The notes beneath the pieces are model-generated. The model had not been told where the DNA came from. It made no database searches and saw only the letters and a list, made by a program, of their open reading frames with translations. Below, piece by piece: positions 23,470 through 35,829 of a stretch of 64,000 bases of DNA. The translations under genes and the position numbers were made by a program. Each line of letters starts with the position of its first letter. Positions within the stretch are counted from its first letter, which is position 1. This stretch comes from Azolla caroliniana. Taxonomy: Eukaryota; Plantae; Polypodiophyta. The DNA lies in contig JBHGNT010000008.1 of assembly GCA_043228905.1 (NCBI GenBank), positions 1,922,001-1,986,000 of the forward strand. Reading direction: 5' to 3'.

Positions 23470-24113
23470 TGTCGAGGTATTCCTCGCGGATGCGTGGAAT
23501 GAGGCGAGACCTCGGGGGTCCTGTACCAAAGAGCAAGAGAGGAGGGGAAGAATCCCTCTACGTGCGAGCGTAGATCCACAGGGACACGGCCCTTCAACGC
23601 AAAGACGCAAGTGGGACAACGACACAGAAAGACACGAATGTATGTATGTATTGACAAAGACAAACAACAAGAACACGAAGACAACAAAACACGAAGTCGG
23701 TTACAACCGAACAGGCCGGCGAACAGATGCCGATACCTGTTCGTAAACGCACAGAAAGACAGGAACAGGTTGGAGGTGCTGCCGGAAGCACTCGGGCATT
23801 CCTCAGAGCAGCGCGAGCCTCCCGAAACCTGCACAGAAGGAAGCTATGGAGTTTGAGAACCAGAGAGAGAGAGAGAGAAGCCTTTGCACGCAAAACCGAC
23901 AGCACTCCGTCCTCGACTCTCCGCGATCCCTTCCTCCTCCTCGTCTCCCTCCTTTTATAGGCAAGGAAGGAGCCGTTTCCCCCTTTACTTCCCCACCTAC
24001 CGAATCTGCCTGCATAGGATCTCTTATGTACAGCATAAGGCGCACGTGCATGAAGAGCCGGTTCCTAAGCTCCGATGCACCGATTCCGCTTGTGGACGGT
24101 TTTCTTCACGACA
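23470..24113 (-). repeat. 5' LTR of the Trp-primed gypsy
   Basis: Direct repeat of 7888-8533; adjacent to the PBS. Confidence 0.93.
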
Positions 24114-24117
24114 ACGT

Positions 24118-24286
24118 GCGACTGACACTAACTGCAAGACAATGATTACCTAGTAGTCTAGGCTACTACTAGGCTTCCAGTTCCCACTCGAATCCGGCTC
24201 TCCGATCCGGCCGGTTGTTTCCAGATACCGATCCGGCTCAGGCTTATTCAGCCGATCCGGATCCGGTTGAGCTTGCTCACTCAACA
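24118..24286 (-). repeat. Copia 5' LTR, 5' part (continuation of 7648-7887)
   Basis: Ends GTTGAGCTTGCTCACTCAACA, i.e. minus-strand TGTTGAGTGAGCAAGCTCAAC, matching the family LTR start TGTTGAGAGACAAGCTCAAC. Confidence 0.8.
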
Positions 24287-24852
24287 AAAAATAAGTCACT
24301 ACCTATAAGAGTGAAGCAGTGACGAAAATAAGGTTCAAAAAACCATGACAGTGTTACCTACTAAAATAAACGCCACAAATAAATGGATGGTGCGAAGTAA
24401 TTGTAATTTGCATAATTGTGACATAAGCCACACATTGATACAAATGGTGGTGGTGTTGTGCGCAAAGATGTTGTACTCAAATCTATGAGTAAAACATCAA
24501 TATGGGAACTCATGTGTTTTTAATCGAGTTCTAAGGCTCAATTACATGAGTTAAACTTAGAGGACTCTTTGGAAAAAATATTTAAAACGCGAAATGATGC
24601 CCACTCAATACGAAAAAAATAGTCTACACAAAATCATTACCCAATAGGGAAACACACGTAAATAGTGTAGATGAACATAAAAATTAAGGCTAAAAAAACA
24701 ATGAAGTGTGGGTGGGTAGATGACAATCATAAGAAAATCTTAAGAAAGGGAAAAGACAAAGACAAATTGTGTAATTAGAAAATACTTAGGATAATAATCA
24801 AATAGGTGTATGAAACATTAAGCATGCCTTAAGGTAAGAAACCCTAGGGTAG

Positions 24853-25090
24853 TCGACATGCGCCTGCTCAAGACCACAACATTCCATAGAATCAACCAAG
24901 TGATGTCTCAAGAGAGACTAGAGTGGCATAGGTAGGGGACATACACCTCGTCAAGACCACCACATCCCATAAAATCGGCTAAGTGGTAGCCCAAGAGAGA
25001 ATAAAGTGGCATAGTTAGGCGACATACACCTCGTCAAGACCACAACATCCCATAAAATCAGCCAAGTGATGGCTCAATAGAGAGTAGAGT
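24853..25090. repeat. Tandem repeat, about 3 x 83 bp
   Basis: TCAAGACCAC...CCATA.AATC..C.AAGTG recurs at 24868, 24951 and 25034. Confidence 0.8.
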
Positions 25091-27259
25091 AATCGAGATT
25101 AAATTCATCCTAAGACCTAACATTGGCATTGTAGGCTTTGAAGCACTTTACAACTACTTCCACCCACATCACTAGCAATAGGGTAGATGACAATTTGGTC
25201 CTGCATCACCACCACGGTAAGGAGGTATAACACCAACCAAGAATAAGATGTGCCCTCGATGCTACACAATTGTCGAAACCCATGCCTCATTGGCATCTCC
25301 CAAGTCAAGAATCAACCATTGTAAATTGTGCAATACCCATTATGACTCTACTAGAACTTAAGCATATGAAAGGAGTACATAGGCTTCCTACTAAGTCCTT
25401 CAAAGAAAAATCAAGCATCCTTTAAAACCTTACGATATTCCAATGCTTGGAGTTTCCGTTTTCTACAACATTATCATGGCATTATATTTATGGGAACCAA
25501 TTTCTCATTATGTTCTATTTTCATGTTGACATACCATGGAGTACATGCATCGATGACAATAAGAGTCTAGGTGCATGTTCTATTTTCAAAAAGGTCATGG
25601 CTATGAGGAATGTAAAGAGGTTGGCCCTTCAAATACTCTAGCAAGGGTAACTATTTTTTAATGTGTAAATGGTTGACATATAACTAGTAAATCATATCCT
25701 ATAAGAGAAGTCAATGGATGCCATAAAAGTATGTGCCACCAAAATAGTGCCTAAGATCATCGGTGCTCATTTTAAATATGCCAAATGTCTAAGGCATCAC
25801 CACATTACACTAGGCTCAAAGTCATAAGGTACCCCATGAATATATCTTTGTTATAATTTCAAAGTTTGATATCACAAAATGTCTTTGCTAACATTGTCAT
25901 GTGAGATATCATTAAAGAGATGTCATTATCTTGCCAAACTTAAAAATATTGATGAAATACCCCACAATGTTGCAACAACTTGCACAAGGCATGATTATCT
26001 TGTCGTCCCTCAAAAGGTTACAAGCACTCTTATGACCATTGGCGATGTCCTCAATAACCCCACGACACTCAAAAAATATATTGCAATAAGGATCAAGTAA
26101 CGTTTTTATAATGGTTCGCTTATGAGCCTTCATTAGATGTGTCATCTTTGTATATTGATGAACCACCAATTTCAAGATAGAATCAAAACACAAGGTGGGA
26201 AATCCCATCGCCTAGTTCTTAACCGTATGTGTTGAGAAGCTATGATAATATATTCTACCTTCTCCCTTTGTTATCTCTTCAAATTCGCCACTAATCCATT
26301 GACAAGTACACATTCATTTTAAAACTCGAGATTTCTCAAGGATTGGGTATATTATGATCTTTTGAAGATTCCCTACATGGACCTCAAAGTTAATTTCCAT
26401 TGCAAAGAACCCAAAAATTGAAAAACCATAGGACATGATTGATTATCTTTAACAACCTAGAACATGAAAACTTGGTTGACACGCCAACTTCCAAAACAGG
26501 TTTGCAATGTTGATAACGATTTATTAGAGCCTTCAAGAGGTTTCTTTTGATTCCATGATAAAATCTTCTTTCAATATAAAACTAACAAGCAAGACAACCA
26601 AGGATAGCATAGCCTTCCACGAAGACGCTATATAGATTTCAATATAACAACAATCATTCGCTCACTTAGGTATCTACTACTCTTGATAATATTTGAGCCC
26701 CATGGAAACATCATCTTTGCATATACAATAAATGCTAGAATCCCAACTTTTGATCAAGAGGAAATTTGGTTCTTTAATGCTGCATATGCCATTGATACAG
26801 CTCCTTAGCTCTTGGAAATATGCTCAATCTCAGTCTCACCATTCTCATTTTCAATTTTGAGTGGATGGTCGTGGCTGTAGTTTTACAGAATAACTTATCA
26901 TGTGGTTAAGATCCTTTTTTAGGTCTTGCTAATCATAAATCCATCTTTTACAACATGATCTTTATACACAAAAAGAACAAATGATATCATCTTAAAACAA
27001 AATCATACAGATAATCAATCACAAGGACACTCTTTACACGAAATAACAAACAATATTTCATTAGAATGAAATGATGAAGATCATCACAAGAAAGTATATG
27101 AGGAGACTGAAGTGAATCCTCTGGATATGTCAATCCTTATTGCTATATACAAAGAGAGGACACTCTTTATTGTATTTGAAATCTATTGTGCACACCAATT
27201 GAAAAGAAACTTAGCATAGTACATAGGACGCTTATCATAAAAGATTAGTTTGTAGCCCC

Positions 27260-28184
27260 TTAGCATCGGCAAGGATTGCATGAGCAGCTGCTTCCACAGC
27301 TGCACCCATGCTGGCTCGTGGCCTGAGCATTGGATTCACATCCGCAAGAGCTTCCACACCCGCAGTTGGATCCACACCCGCAAGACTCACCGGAGACGGT
27401 CACCTCCACCTCCAACTCCATCCTGCTTCATCCATGTTTGCTTAAAAATCTTAGAACCTTTGGCAAAAATATCTTTTACATACATACATACATACATATA
27501 AAATGTGTCTATTGCTTATGTTACATTAAGTATGAAGACATGGCTACGATGATGATTGTCCCATGTTGGCCTCGCCATCACGTCATACATATAGAATACA
27601 TGGCGACAATCTTGTCCCATATTGACCTCACCATCATATCAACACACAAATACATACATACATACATACATACATACATACATACATACATAAGACATGG
27701 CTCTTGCGACATGACGTATTCATTACATAGAAGCTATGTAATGAATCGATGCATCTTTTTGTGTGGTAGAACCATAAGGATGTAAAATAAAAGCAAAAGA
27801 GGAAGGTAAAAAAGACCAAAGGAAAAGTTTTGGAAAGCCTCATCCATGATTCTTGCATATATATGAATGCATTTTCCATGTGACAGAAACAGTAGGAGGT
27901 TAAAAACAAATTAATCGGGAATATGGAAGCCTTTTCATGTGGCAAATCCAACAGCATGTCAAAGAAAAGGTATTTAAGGCAAGAAGCAAAAGAATTGGAA
28001 ACCTTTTTCCCAAATCAATTGTAAAAAAGCAGAAAAAAAAGAAAAAAAAAATAGCAACAAAAGCGATCATGGAACCATTTTCATGTGGCAATAGGATGCA
28101 AAAACAAGAGCAAAACAAATAAACAGGGGGAAGTCAAGTGAAGAAGCTCTAACATCACCTGGATACATTGTCACTGGAAGACAT
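27260..28184 (-). CDS. MT: Metallothionein, two Cys domains, 62 aa; exons 28184-28159 and 27422-27260
   Basis: [62 protein letters not shown]. Phase-compatible GT-AG intron, ACCATG context, TATA box upstream. Confidence 0.75.
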
Positions 28185-28348
28185 GGTGGTATTGCTTTGT
28201 TTCTGATTAGAAATGTATGAGTTTGTTTTGATTAAAAGGAAGGATATGGATGTGTCTTAGATATGTCTTTTTGCTCTGTTCCTGTCTGTGTCTCTGTTTT
28301 TGTCTTTGGTAAATGATAATGGAGACCTTGGTGCTACCTTTTGGTGCC

Positions 28349-28356
28349 TATTTATA
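28349..28356 (-). promoter_or_regulatory. TATA box of the minus-strand MT
   Basis: Minus-strand GCTATAAATAG, same context as in the paralog. Confidence 0.7.
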
Positions 28357-31300
28357 GCACTACATTAGGCCCAAGCCCATAACCTTTTTTTCTTCTTCTT
28401 TTGAAATTTATTTATTGTTATAATCAAATATTTTGATTCTCATCCCTTATCTCATTCTTCATTCCTCTGGGATGATACTCCACCATCTCCGGGTCCTCGG
28501 AGGGAGAGATCATGGAGGTCCTACCATACCTAGGGTTTGCTCGTTTGTCCCCACACATACATTCTTGATTGGTGATGGAAAGATTCGGTATCAATTCCAT
28601 GAAAAAAAATGGTATTGAATTCTTCATCAAGATTGGTAGACTTTACTCATCACCCTCACATATTGATTTGGTAACACGATATCGGATCAGAGTTTATTTG
28701 TCATCCTCGGTTATTGGTTTCCACTCAATTGTATCGACACGACTTTTATTGCTACCTTCGAATGTCAATTTGATTACAATAGATAACCCTTTATTTGGTA
28801 CCCTCAGACATCGATTCAATAACAGGATTCAAATGTCAAAATCAGACGTATGGAATCAAAGAAATAAAAAACCCAAAAAAAAGGGCAAACGTGACATAGT
28901 CTAGAACCCATTATGTTGAATTGGAATAGATTATGACATTGTGAATTTTATCATTCATCCGAAATTGATGATGTTGTAGCCGTGAGGACTTTTAAGACCA
29001 AGCAAACAAACGTGGTAATCACTCCCATTAGAGTGGTGTGAAGTGGGGAATGGGAACATTGTTCGAAAACAATGTTAAAAAGGTTATTTTATGTCTAGCT
29101 CATTCTTTAGAGCGTCTCCCTCACGAATGTATTCTTTTAATATGATATTATCAAGTTTGTGCGTGACAAACACACGCCATTGAGTGGTACCCACTCCTTG
29201 AGTACTATAAATTAGCATGTGTAAGCTTGTCGTCACAAGTACCAAATCAATTGGCCCACATCCTTGAATATGGACGATTTTTCTTGTTTAGTTAGTGCAT
29301 GTTCTTGATTGAGAGCATAATTAGCTAATGAAAATATTCCCTTACTATAGCTAAAGGATTTGCCAACCCTGTCATTTTAGCTTCATTCACACATGCATCA
29401 TATCATAATGAAGCAGTGCTTATACATATTATTAGATGGATATAGATCTAGATACGACGTGCATGTTAAGCATCTTATTATATATTTAAATAAGCAATCA
29501 ATGATAAAACTCAATCTTAAACTAACATTCTTTGTATATCTAACTTGGAAATCAATTGATGAAGTGAATTGTAAACAACAATACATTATTGACATATTGT
29601 GGGTGCAATGATAGGCATTGTGGGCTTCCCTTGCATATTATTTTTCACAACGTATACATTTGTAATTGCATGTGTTTGCGTCTAACCAAAACAAAAAACA
29701 GGTACCATGATTGAAGTATTTGTTATGGAACGGTCTAAAGAACAAGAACAACAACTTGCGCAAAAGATCCACATGATTTTCTCATCAACACATGATCTCA
29801 AGCACAAATATAAAGTGAATCCTTTGGTTGTGACAAAGATTTGACTCTTGTGTAACTTTGCCACCATGTGCTTGCATCCACAAATCTAAGTGAATCTTTA
29901 TCTGAGAGTTGTGACAAATTTTTCACTCATTCATTGGAATCTAGGGACACTAGAACGTACCAATTTCCAACTTGTCCATATGTTGACCATTATTCCCATC
30001 CATGTAAAACTTTGCCCATTAAAGAAAATGTATCATTCATAACACTTTTGTATTACACATTGTGAGGCATTAAGTCAATAATGTGACATATGGCAGATAT
30101 GTCGTGTCATACAAGCCTGGGAAAAGTCCTCACTTTTGAGAGAGGATATATGTCTTCTTGAGGGATCTACAAGTGTTACATGTAGTACACATGTAGAGAA
30201 GAGAGATTGGTGCGCCTGATTTGATTTTAGCCAAGAGTTTGATGAATGATTCATACCCATAAAATGGTCAAAAATAAAGTAGAAACATGGATCAATGTGA
30301 GTAAATGTGGATAATCACTTTAGGTAATGTGATTCTAATAACCATGCTATAAACAATTAAGTCAATATAGGTTGAGGGGCCAACAAATAATACTTAAGAA
30401 GATGATGTGATTTAAGTCAAAATATGCATCTATTTAAGACATGTGCATCTATATAATAAACTATTGTTAGGGTTTAGGATAAGGCATAGGATGACCTTAT
30501 TTATGCTAATAAGGTTAGGGTAACATTATACATGATTTGAATAATATGCAAGGATTGGAAAGAATATTGGGTTTCTATGGTGATATTTCCTAAATCATTA
30601 TGGTTATTTGACACATTGATAATAATATTCATTTGGTGTTGTTTAGTTTAATGGTATATTATATATATGATCACGAGCTTATCAATTATGTGTGGAAATT
30701 TGCAATTAAAAATAACCCATTGTATGGGGTCCCAAGGTTAGACGCGGCCTTTCTATCTAGAGGAGACACCACTTGAATGCATGTTTTGTCACAAGTATTG
30801 TATTTATATGAAGCCGAAAAGGAGCCCAAAAAGTAAACAAATGCAATATATCAATGTGAATGCATTGCCTTATAGATCACACACAAAGCCTTAATAGGAC
30901 TATCCACGTCCTCACATGTGACCCTCAGTGAACTACACATAAAGATTGCGAGAATGTGCCTATGGAATCAAAATCAAAGAAAATATTGTTTTTGGTATGA
31001 TAATCATACTACTCACGGATAAAATAGTAAAACGAAAGTTCGGATTGTATTCGAGAGTGTTTGATCATTAGGGATTGAAAAAATCATCACGAATATGGGG
31101 TTTACATGATCTTCTCTTGTATCATATCCATTTATTTATTGCGAGGGAATTAGTGATTGTGCACACACAAGTGTGAGATGATTGAATTCAATTACAATTC
31201 ACGTTGAGCAATAGGTATATCTTTGTCAGTGAACAAATAAAGATCAATATATCAAAATGCAATAGTTCACTCCGCATAGTTACGTAGAATAGATGAACAG

Positions 31301-33639
31301 TTTATGCAATCATTTTCTTCAATGTGAACAAATTGGTATGAAATGTCAAAGAAATATTGTGTGTATGTGATTTCACTTCATCATATTAGATCTTTCTAGA
31401 ATTATGTATAGTAGTCGTGTGGATGTGAGGTGCAATTAACATAGACATGAGAAACTTTATGTACATACAAAATCAAGAAATGAGATTCGAAGACATGACG
31501 ACATGTTGACAGTTGTATCACTCAACCTCATGAAGTCACATTGGGTGACACTTGTTATGCCAATAGTCATCGCATTCTATCGTTAAGTACTTGGCAAAAG
31601 AAATCTAAAAGGCGATGTTTATAGATTGTGTGGTTTAATTTCTTGGCAAGTCATGAATTTTGTTAGTAAGCACATGATTGTTAGCTATTCGTCCATGGAT
31701 TGTTTTGTCAAGTGACGAACATTATCACATGTGGGGCCCAAACTTTTGCACACTTTAGAAAGATGAAAAAGTAAATCAATATTTTGTTTACAAAGGTGTC
31801 ACGGTTATTTATATATCTTGTCATTCAATTAATTATAGTAAATTCATATACACATATATAGGAAAAATTACAAGACTATGCTAGAAACTCCGAACGTATG
31901 GTGTGATTTGCACGTACAACGTTTCACGCCATGTTTGGTTACATGTATGACGACATAAAAGGCAAAGAATAAAACCAAGGCTTACGAATTGTGAGATGGT
32001 CCACACACATCCCACATAATGTCAACATCTTTAATCAAATACAACTAGAAATATTAGGAGGTTTTCATGTCTATGTTCATACACCACGCACATTTCAACA
32101 CGCAAACTGTGCCCATTGCTCTCTTATAACCACATTAAAGTAATGAGCCGACTCCTCAAAGGTTGATGTTCACGAAGTTTTTTGTACTAATTCCAATGGC
32201 CCAAGTAGGGGTCGGTATCATGATCGTTCGCCCATTTTACAAAGCAACACATTCTCTACCTATATTCAAGTGCCATCAATTTCGAGAAAATCATAAACTT
32301 CACATTAACACGATAGATTAAGTTGACAAAAAAGTGCATACGTTCATCTAGATTGTTCTTTTGGATAAGGAAGGAATACAAAGAACTCTCATGGGATGAA
32401 GAAGGAAACAATATGTGAGACCGAATATATTAATGAAGAAATACAACGAAGAAGAAAAGAACATTTTTTTCTTCGTTTTTTTCACCTCAGAGGCCTACAA
32501 TTTTTGCCCACGGTTAACATTGATAGAAATTTCTTTTAAGGTAGGGAAGGCAAACTCAAAAGGCAAAGGTTTTAATCCCCATCATTTCTAAACAATCCAA
32601 TCAATCGAAGGGCATCTTGATGGATACAATGCCAAATGGGTTGTCCCAAAGGAATTCTCCATTTTCTGAAATTATGTAGTGAAAGTTGGTTGTTCTTCCC
32701 TTCACACCATAGTTATTTCGGTGGATTTCTTTTGAATAAGCCTAATTAACATAAAGGAACAATCAAGAGTGGCAACCCCCCCACTTCACGACCTCGAACG
32801 AGATCCGCGAATAAAAGCCCAATATTCTCTCATAATAGATGGGACAAATTTCGATATACAACTGGGTTGACATGAGCCAACTTACCTATCGTGACATCGA
32901 ATTTGCCAACAAGCCCCCTCCCCTCCTAAAGAAAGAGACAGCAGATGAGCGAAAGGGACATTTCACACCCGCAGGGGGGGCAACTCCAATCAAGTCAGAG
33001 CACCCAATGGGTGCGAAACCGGTATTTGTGTATGTGTATGTGTATGTGTTTTGTGTCTGTGCATGCGTGTTTACCAATATGGGTTGACACCTATCCATTA
33101 GAGGGTATCGTGGCACTATTTCGGGTGTCTAGTTGGTGTCTGTGTGTGTATGTATGCGCATGCCGGCCAAAATGGTGGGCATAATATGATGACATAAAGG
33201 GGTGTTGGGTGGGAATCAAATGAATACAATGTCTTCATCCTCAATCAATAATACACAAAACAAAAAAAGATGTTTTACTCAAACCCATATTTTCTATATA
33301 TTTTCTGCCAATTAAAATAAACAAAATGAATATGCATTTTCTATTGTTGTTCACACAAAGAAGAATCTATTTTGTTGTGATCAGCAAAAAAAATCCATCT
33401 GTTTTTATTCAAATAAATAGATGCAAAAAGCCAGAAATTTTTTTTTAAAAAAAAACAGTATGCTCTCTTTAATTTGATTTTAATAAATTTAAAGTCTAAC
33501 TAAATTTCTATTTAATGTATTCATTTATTTTATTTCAAATAAATAGATGCAAAAAAGCAAACACAAAACCAGTCTTCTCTCTTTAATTTGATTTAAATAA
33601 AATTTAAAAGTAAAAATTTTAGAGATCCTTTTTTTCTGC

Positions 33640-33647
33640 TATAAATA
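33640..33647 (+). promoter_or_regulatory. TATA box of the plus-strand MT
   Basis: GCTATAAATAG about 140 nt upstream of the ATG at 33782. Confidence 0.7.
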
Positions 33648-33781
33648 GCTGCCCTTGGGAGGTCTCAAAACAGAGCATTCCAATTGAAGAAAGAAACAGA
33701 GCAAAATACAGACCAACACATTCCTTCCTTTCCATTCTTCTTATTCTTCATCAAGCTAAAAAATCATCCCAAAACATCACC

Positions 33782-34612
33782 ATGTCTTGCACCTGTGGAT
33801 CTAACTGTGGTTGTGGCAGTGGATGCAGGTGATGATGAATGAATCTCTGTCTTATCAACAGATATATAAATTCAACAACAATAATACCTGTTTTTTTTAC
33901 TTCCATTCTCTGCTCTTTTCTTGTGATCTCATATTGTTTTGTCCTTGGGCAACAGGTGTGGCAAGAGGAGCTTTGATGACACCGCCTTTGATGCCCCGTA
34001 AGTCTTCGATGATTCCTTTCATAAAAAATAAAAGCCTTCATGTTTGTAGAAAGCAAGGCAATTTCTAGTCTCATTTCCTGCAAATTTTCAGAGGCCTTTT
34101 TCTCATCATTCCCTGATATTGTTTTGTGCATGGAAACTAAATTCCCACAGTTAATGGCTATGGGTAGGCTTCTTAGTCTCCCAAAGAAAGCATACACACC
34201 ATACACATACACATATATACATACATACATACATATTGTTTTGTGCATGGAAACTAAATTCCCACAGTTATGGCTATGGGTGGGCTTCTTAGTTTCCCAA
34301 AGAAAGCATACATACACATATACACACCATACCATATCATACCATACCATACACACATACATACATACATACATATGTGTATATATACATGTAGCATACA
34401 TAGAGGTGCTGCTTTCTGCCCCTTATTGACATTGTAAACGAAATGAATGAAGCAGGATGGAGGTGGAGGTGACTGTCTCCGGTGAATCTTGCGGGTGTGG
34501 ATCCAACTGCCAGTGTGGAAGCTCTTGCGGATGTGAATCCGATGCCCAGGTCTCGAGCCAGAATGGTTGCAGCTGTGGAAGCAACTGCTCATGCAATCCT
34601 TGCCGATGCTAA
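33782..34612 (+). CDS. MT: Metallothionein with three Cys-rich domains, 81 aa; exons 33782-33828, 33956-33997, 34456-34612
   Basis: [81 protein letters not shown]; canonical GT-AG introns keep the frame. Confidence 0.88.
34116..34330. repeat. Tandem duplication (~117-bp unit) in MT intron 2
   Basis: ATATTGTTTTGTGCATGGAAACTAAATTCCCACAGTTA...CCCAAAGAAAGCATAC occurs twice, each followed by CATA repeats. Confidence 0.8.
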
Positions 34613-35829
34613 ATAACTGCAAAAATCATATTGTAATAACAGCCTTTTTATGCTAAAGAACTGCAATATCATGTTGTAATACCGGCCTTTTGACAACATG
34701 GCTGTCTGGCCGGCTCAGTTTATTTTCAGAATAAACTTGTCAATCCTTTCATGACAAATAAAAGTATATGTTCATGATGTTTTTCCTGTGTAAACTTCTT
34801 CTTTTTTTTTAATGGTGGTTGAACTTCTTTCTTTCTTTTAATGAGATGTGTCTTCACAATTTCTAAGTTTAGCATGAATGACATGAAATTGATCCAGATG
34901 TGGACATGATACTACTTTGCCTCTAATGGTCAGAGTGAATCTGAGCCAAGCTTGTGTCAAATTATGTCGCCCATGATTCCATTCACAGTTCGGGCAACTC
35001 CAGTACAACATTAAAATGTTCCGAAAATAAATTTATTTCCCTAATTGCCTTTCACCGGTTGCCCATGGAATCTTTGGGTTTACCCTCAATTCACTTTTGA
35101 TCAATCCTTGAAAGAGATGAAATGGGACGAATTGACCATTTAATTGCTCAAACTGCACACATAATTGATAAAATAGGGAAGGAAAGGCTATGCATACAAT
35201 AGCCCAAATAATACATAAATTTAGGCTGGAAGTTATGGTGAGGACTTGCCCAAATATTTGGGAAAGTGAGTTCGGTGCAAATTAAAGGGCATATGGGCAT
35301 TGGAGATTTTCCTTAAAATGTGTTCCCATCACATCTCATTTACTCTGCAAATGAGGTAAACGCTTAAAACAGATAAAAACGAGCTCTTGAACATTGCTCC
35401 CATAACTCTGAAATTTATGTACTCCACTGTGTTTTTCTAAGGTATACTCAACTTTGTTAACATACTAACCATTATCTGTTAATGAGCAAGCCTAGAAGAC
35501 CTTGAAAGTCATTTAAGTAAACACTTCAAACATAGAAAACAGATATGAATATATACACATTGAATGGAATAATTTTTCATAAGCAATGAACTTGTAAACC
35601 TCAGATATATATAGTTTTTGCCGAAGCACCAAACTTAACAAACCTCATGTGTTTTTTGGATAAATAAAGAGCATACAAACTCCATCAGTTTCAACATCAA
35701 AATAAACATCTAATATGCAACTTGTACTCGACACCACTATATGAAAATTGATAGGCCAAGCATCTTTGCTATTCCCTATGTGTAGAAAAGCTTTTCTCTT
35801 ATGCCTCTTTACCTTAGCCCACATGGCTA

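Larger units (their letters stand above)
7888..24113 (-). mobile_element. Non-chromovirus Ty3/gypsy LTR retrotransposon with tRNA-Trp PBS (Phygy/Selgy-like assignment tentative)
   Basis: LTRs at 7888-8533 and 23470-24113 (TGTCG...CACGACA), 4-bp TSD ACGT (7884-7887 / 24114-24117), PBS at 23448-23465, PPT next to 8533, gag-PR-RT-RH-INT order, GPY motif, no chromodomain. Confidence 0.92.
2870..24286 (-). mobile_element. Ty1/copia LTR retrotransposon (decayed, 3' LTR missing); outermost host of the nest
   Basis: gag-PR-INT-RT-RH order at 7553-3088, tRNA-iMet PBS at 7636-7647, 5' LTR split into 7648-7887 and 24118-24286 by a gypsy insertion. Left edge approximate. Confidence 0.9.

Noticed and set aside
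24853-25090. CRISPR-like array
   Set aside because: Whole 83-bp units are repeated without unique spacers; eukaryotic context and no cas genes.
31150-31760. MRE-like TGCACAC motifs between the MT genes
   Set aside because: Short motifs at about chance frequency, more than 2 kb from either TATA box.
33751-34401. 216-aa ORF antisense to the MT gene
   Set aside because: Built from CATA microsatellites and an intron duplication.
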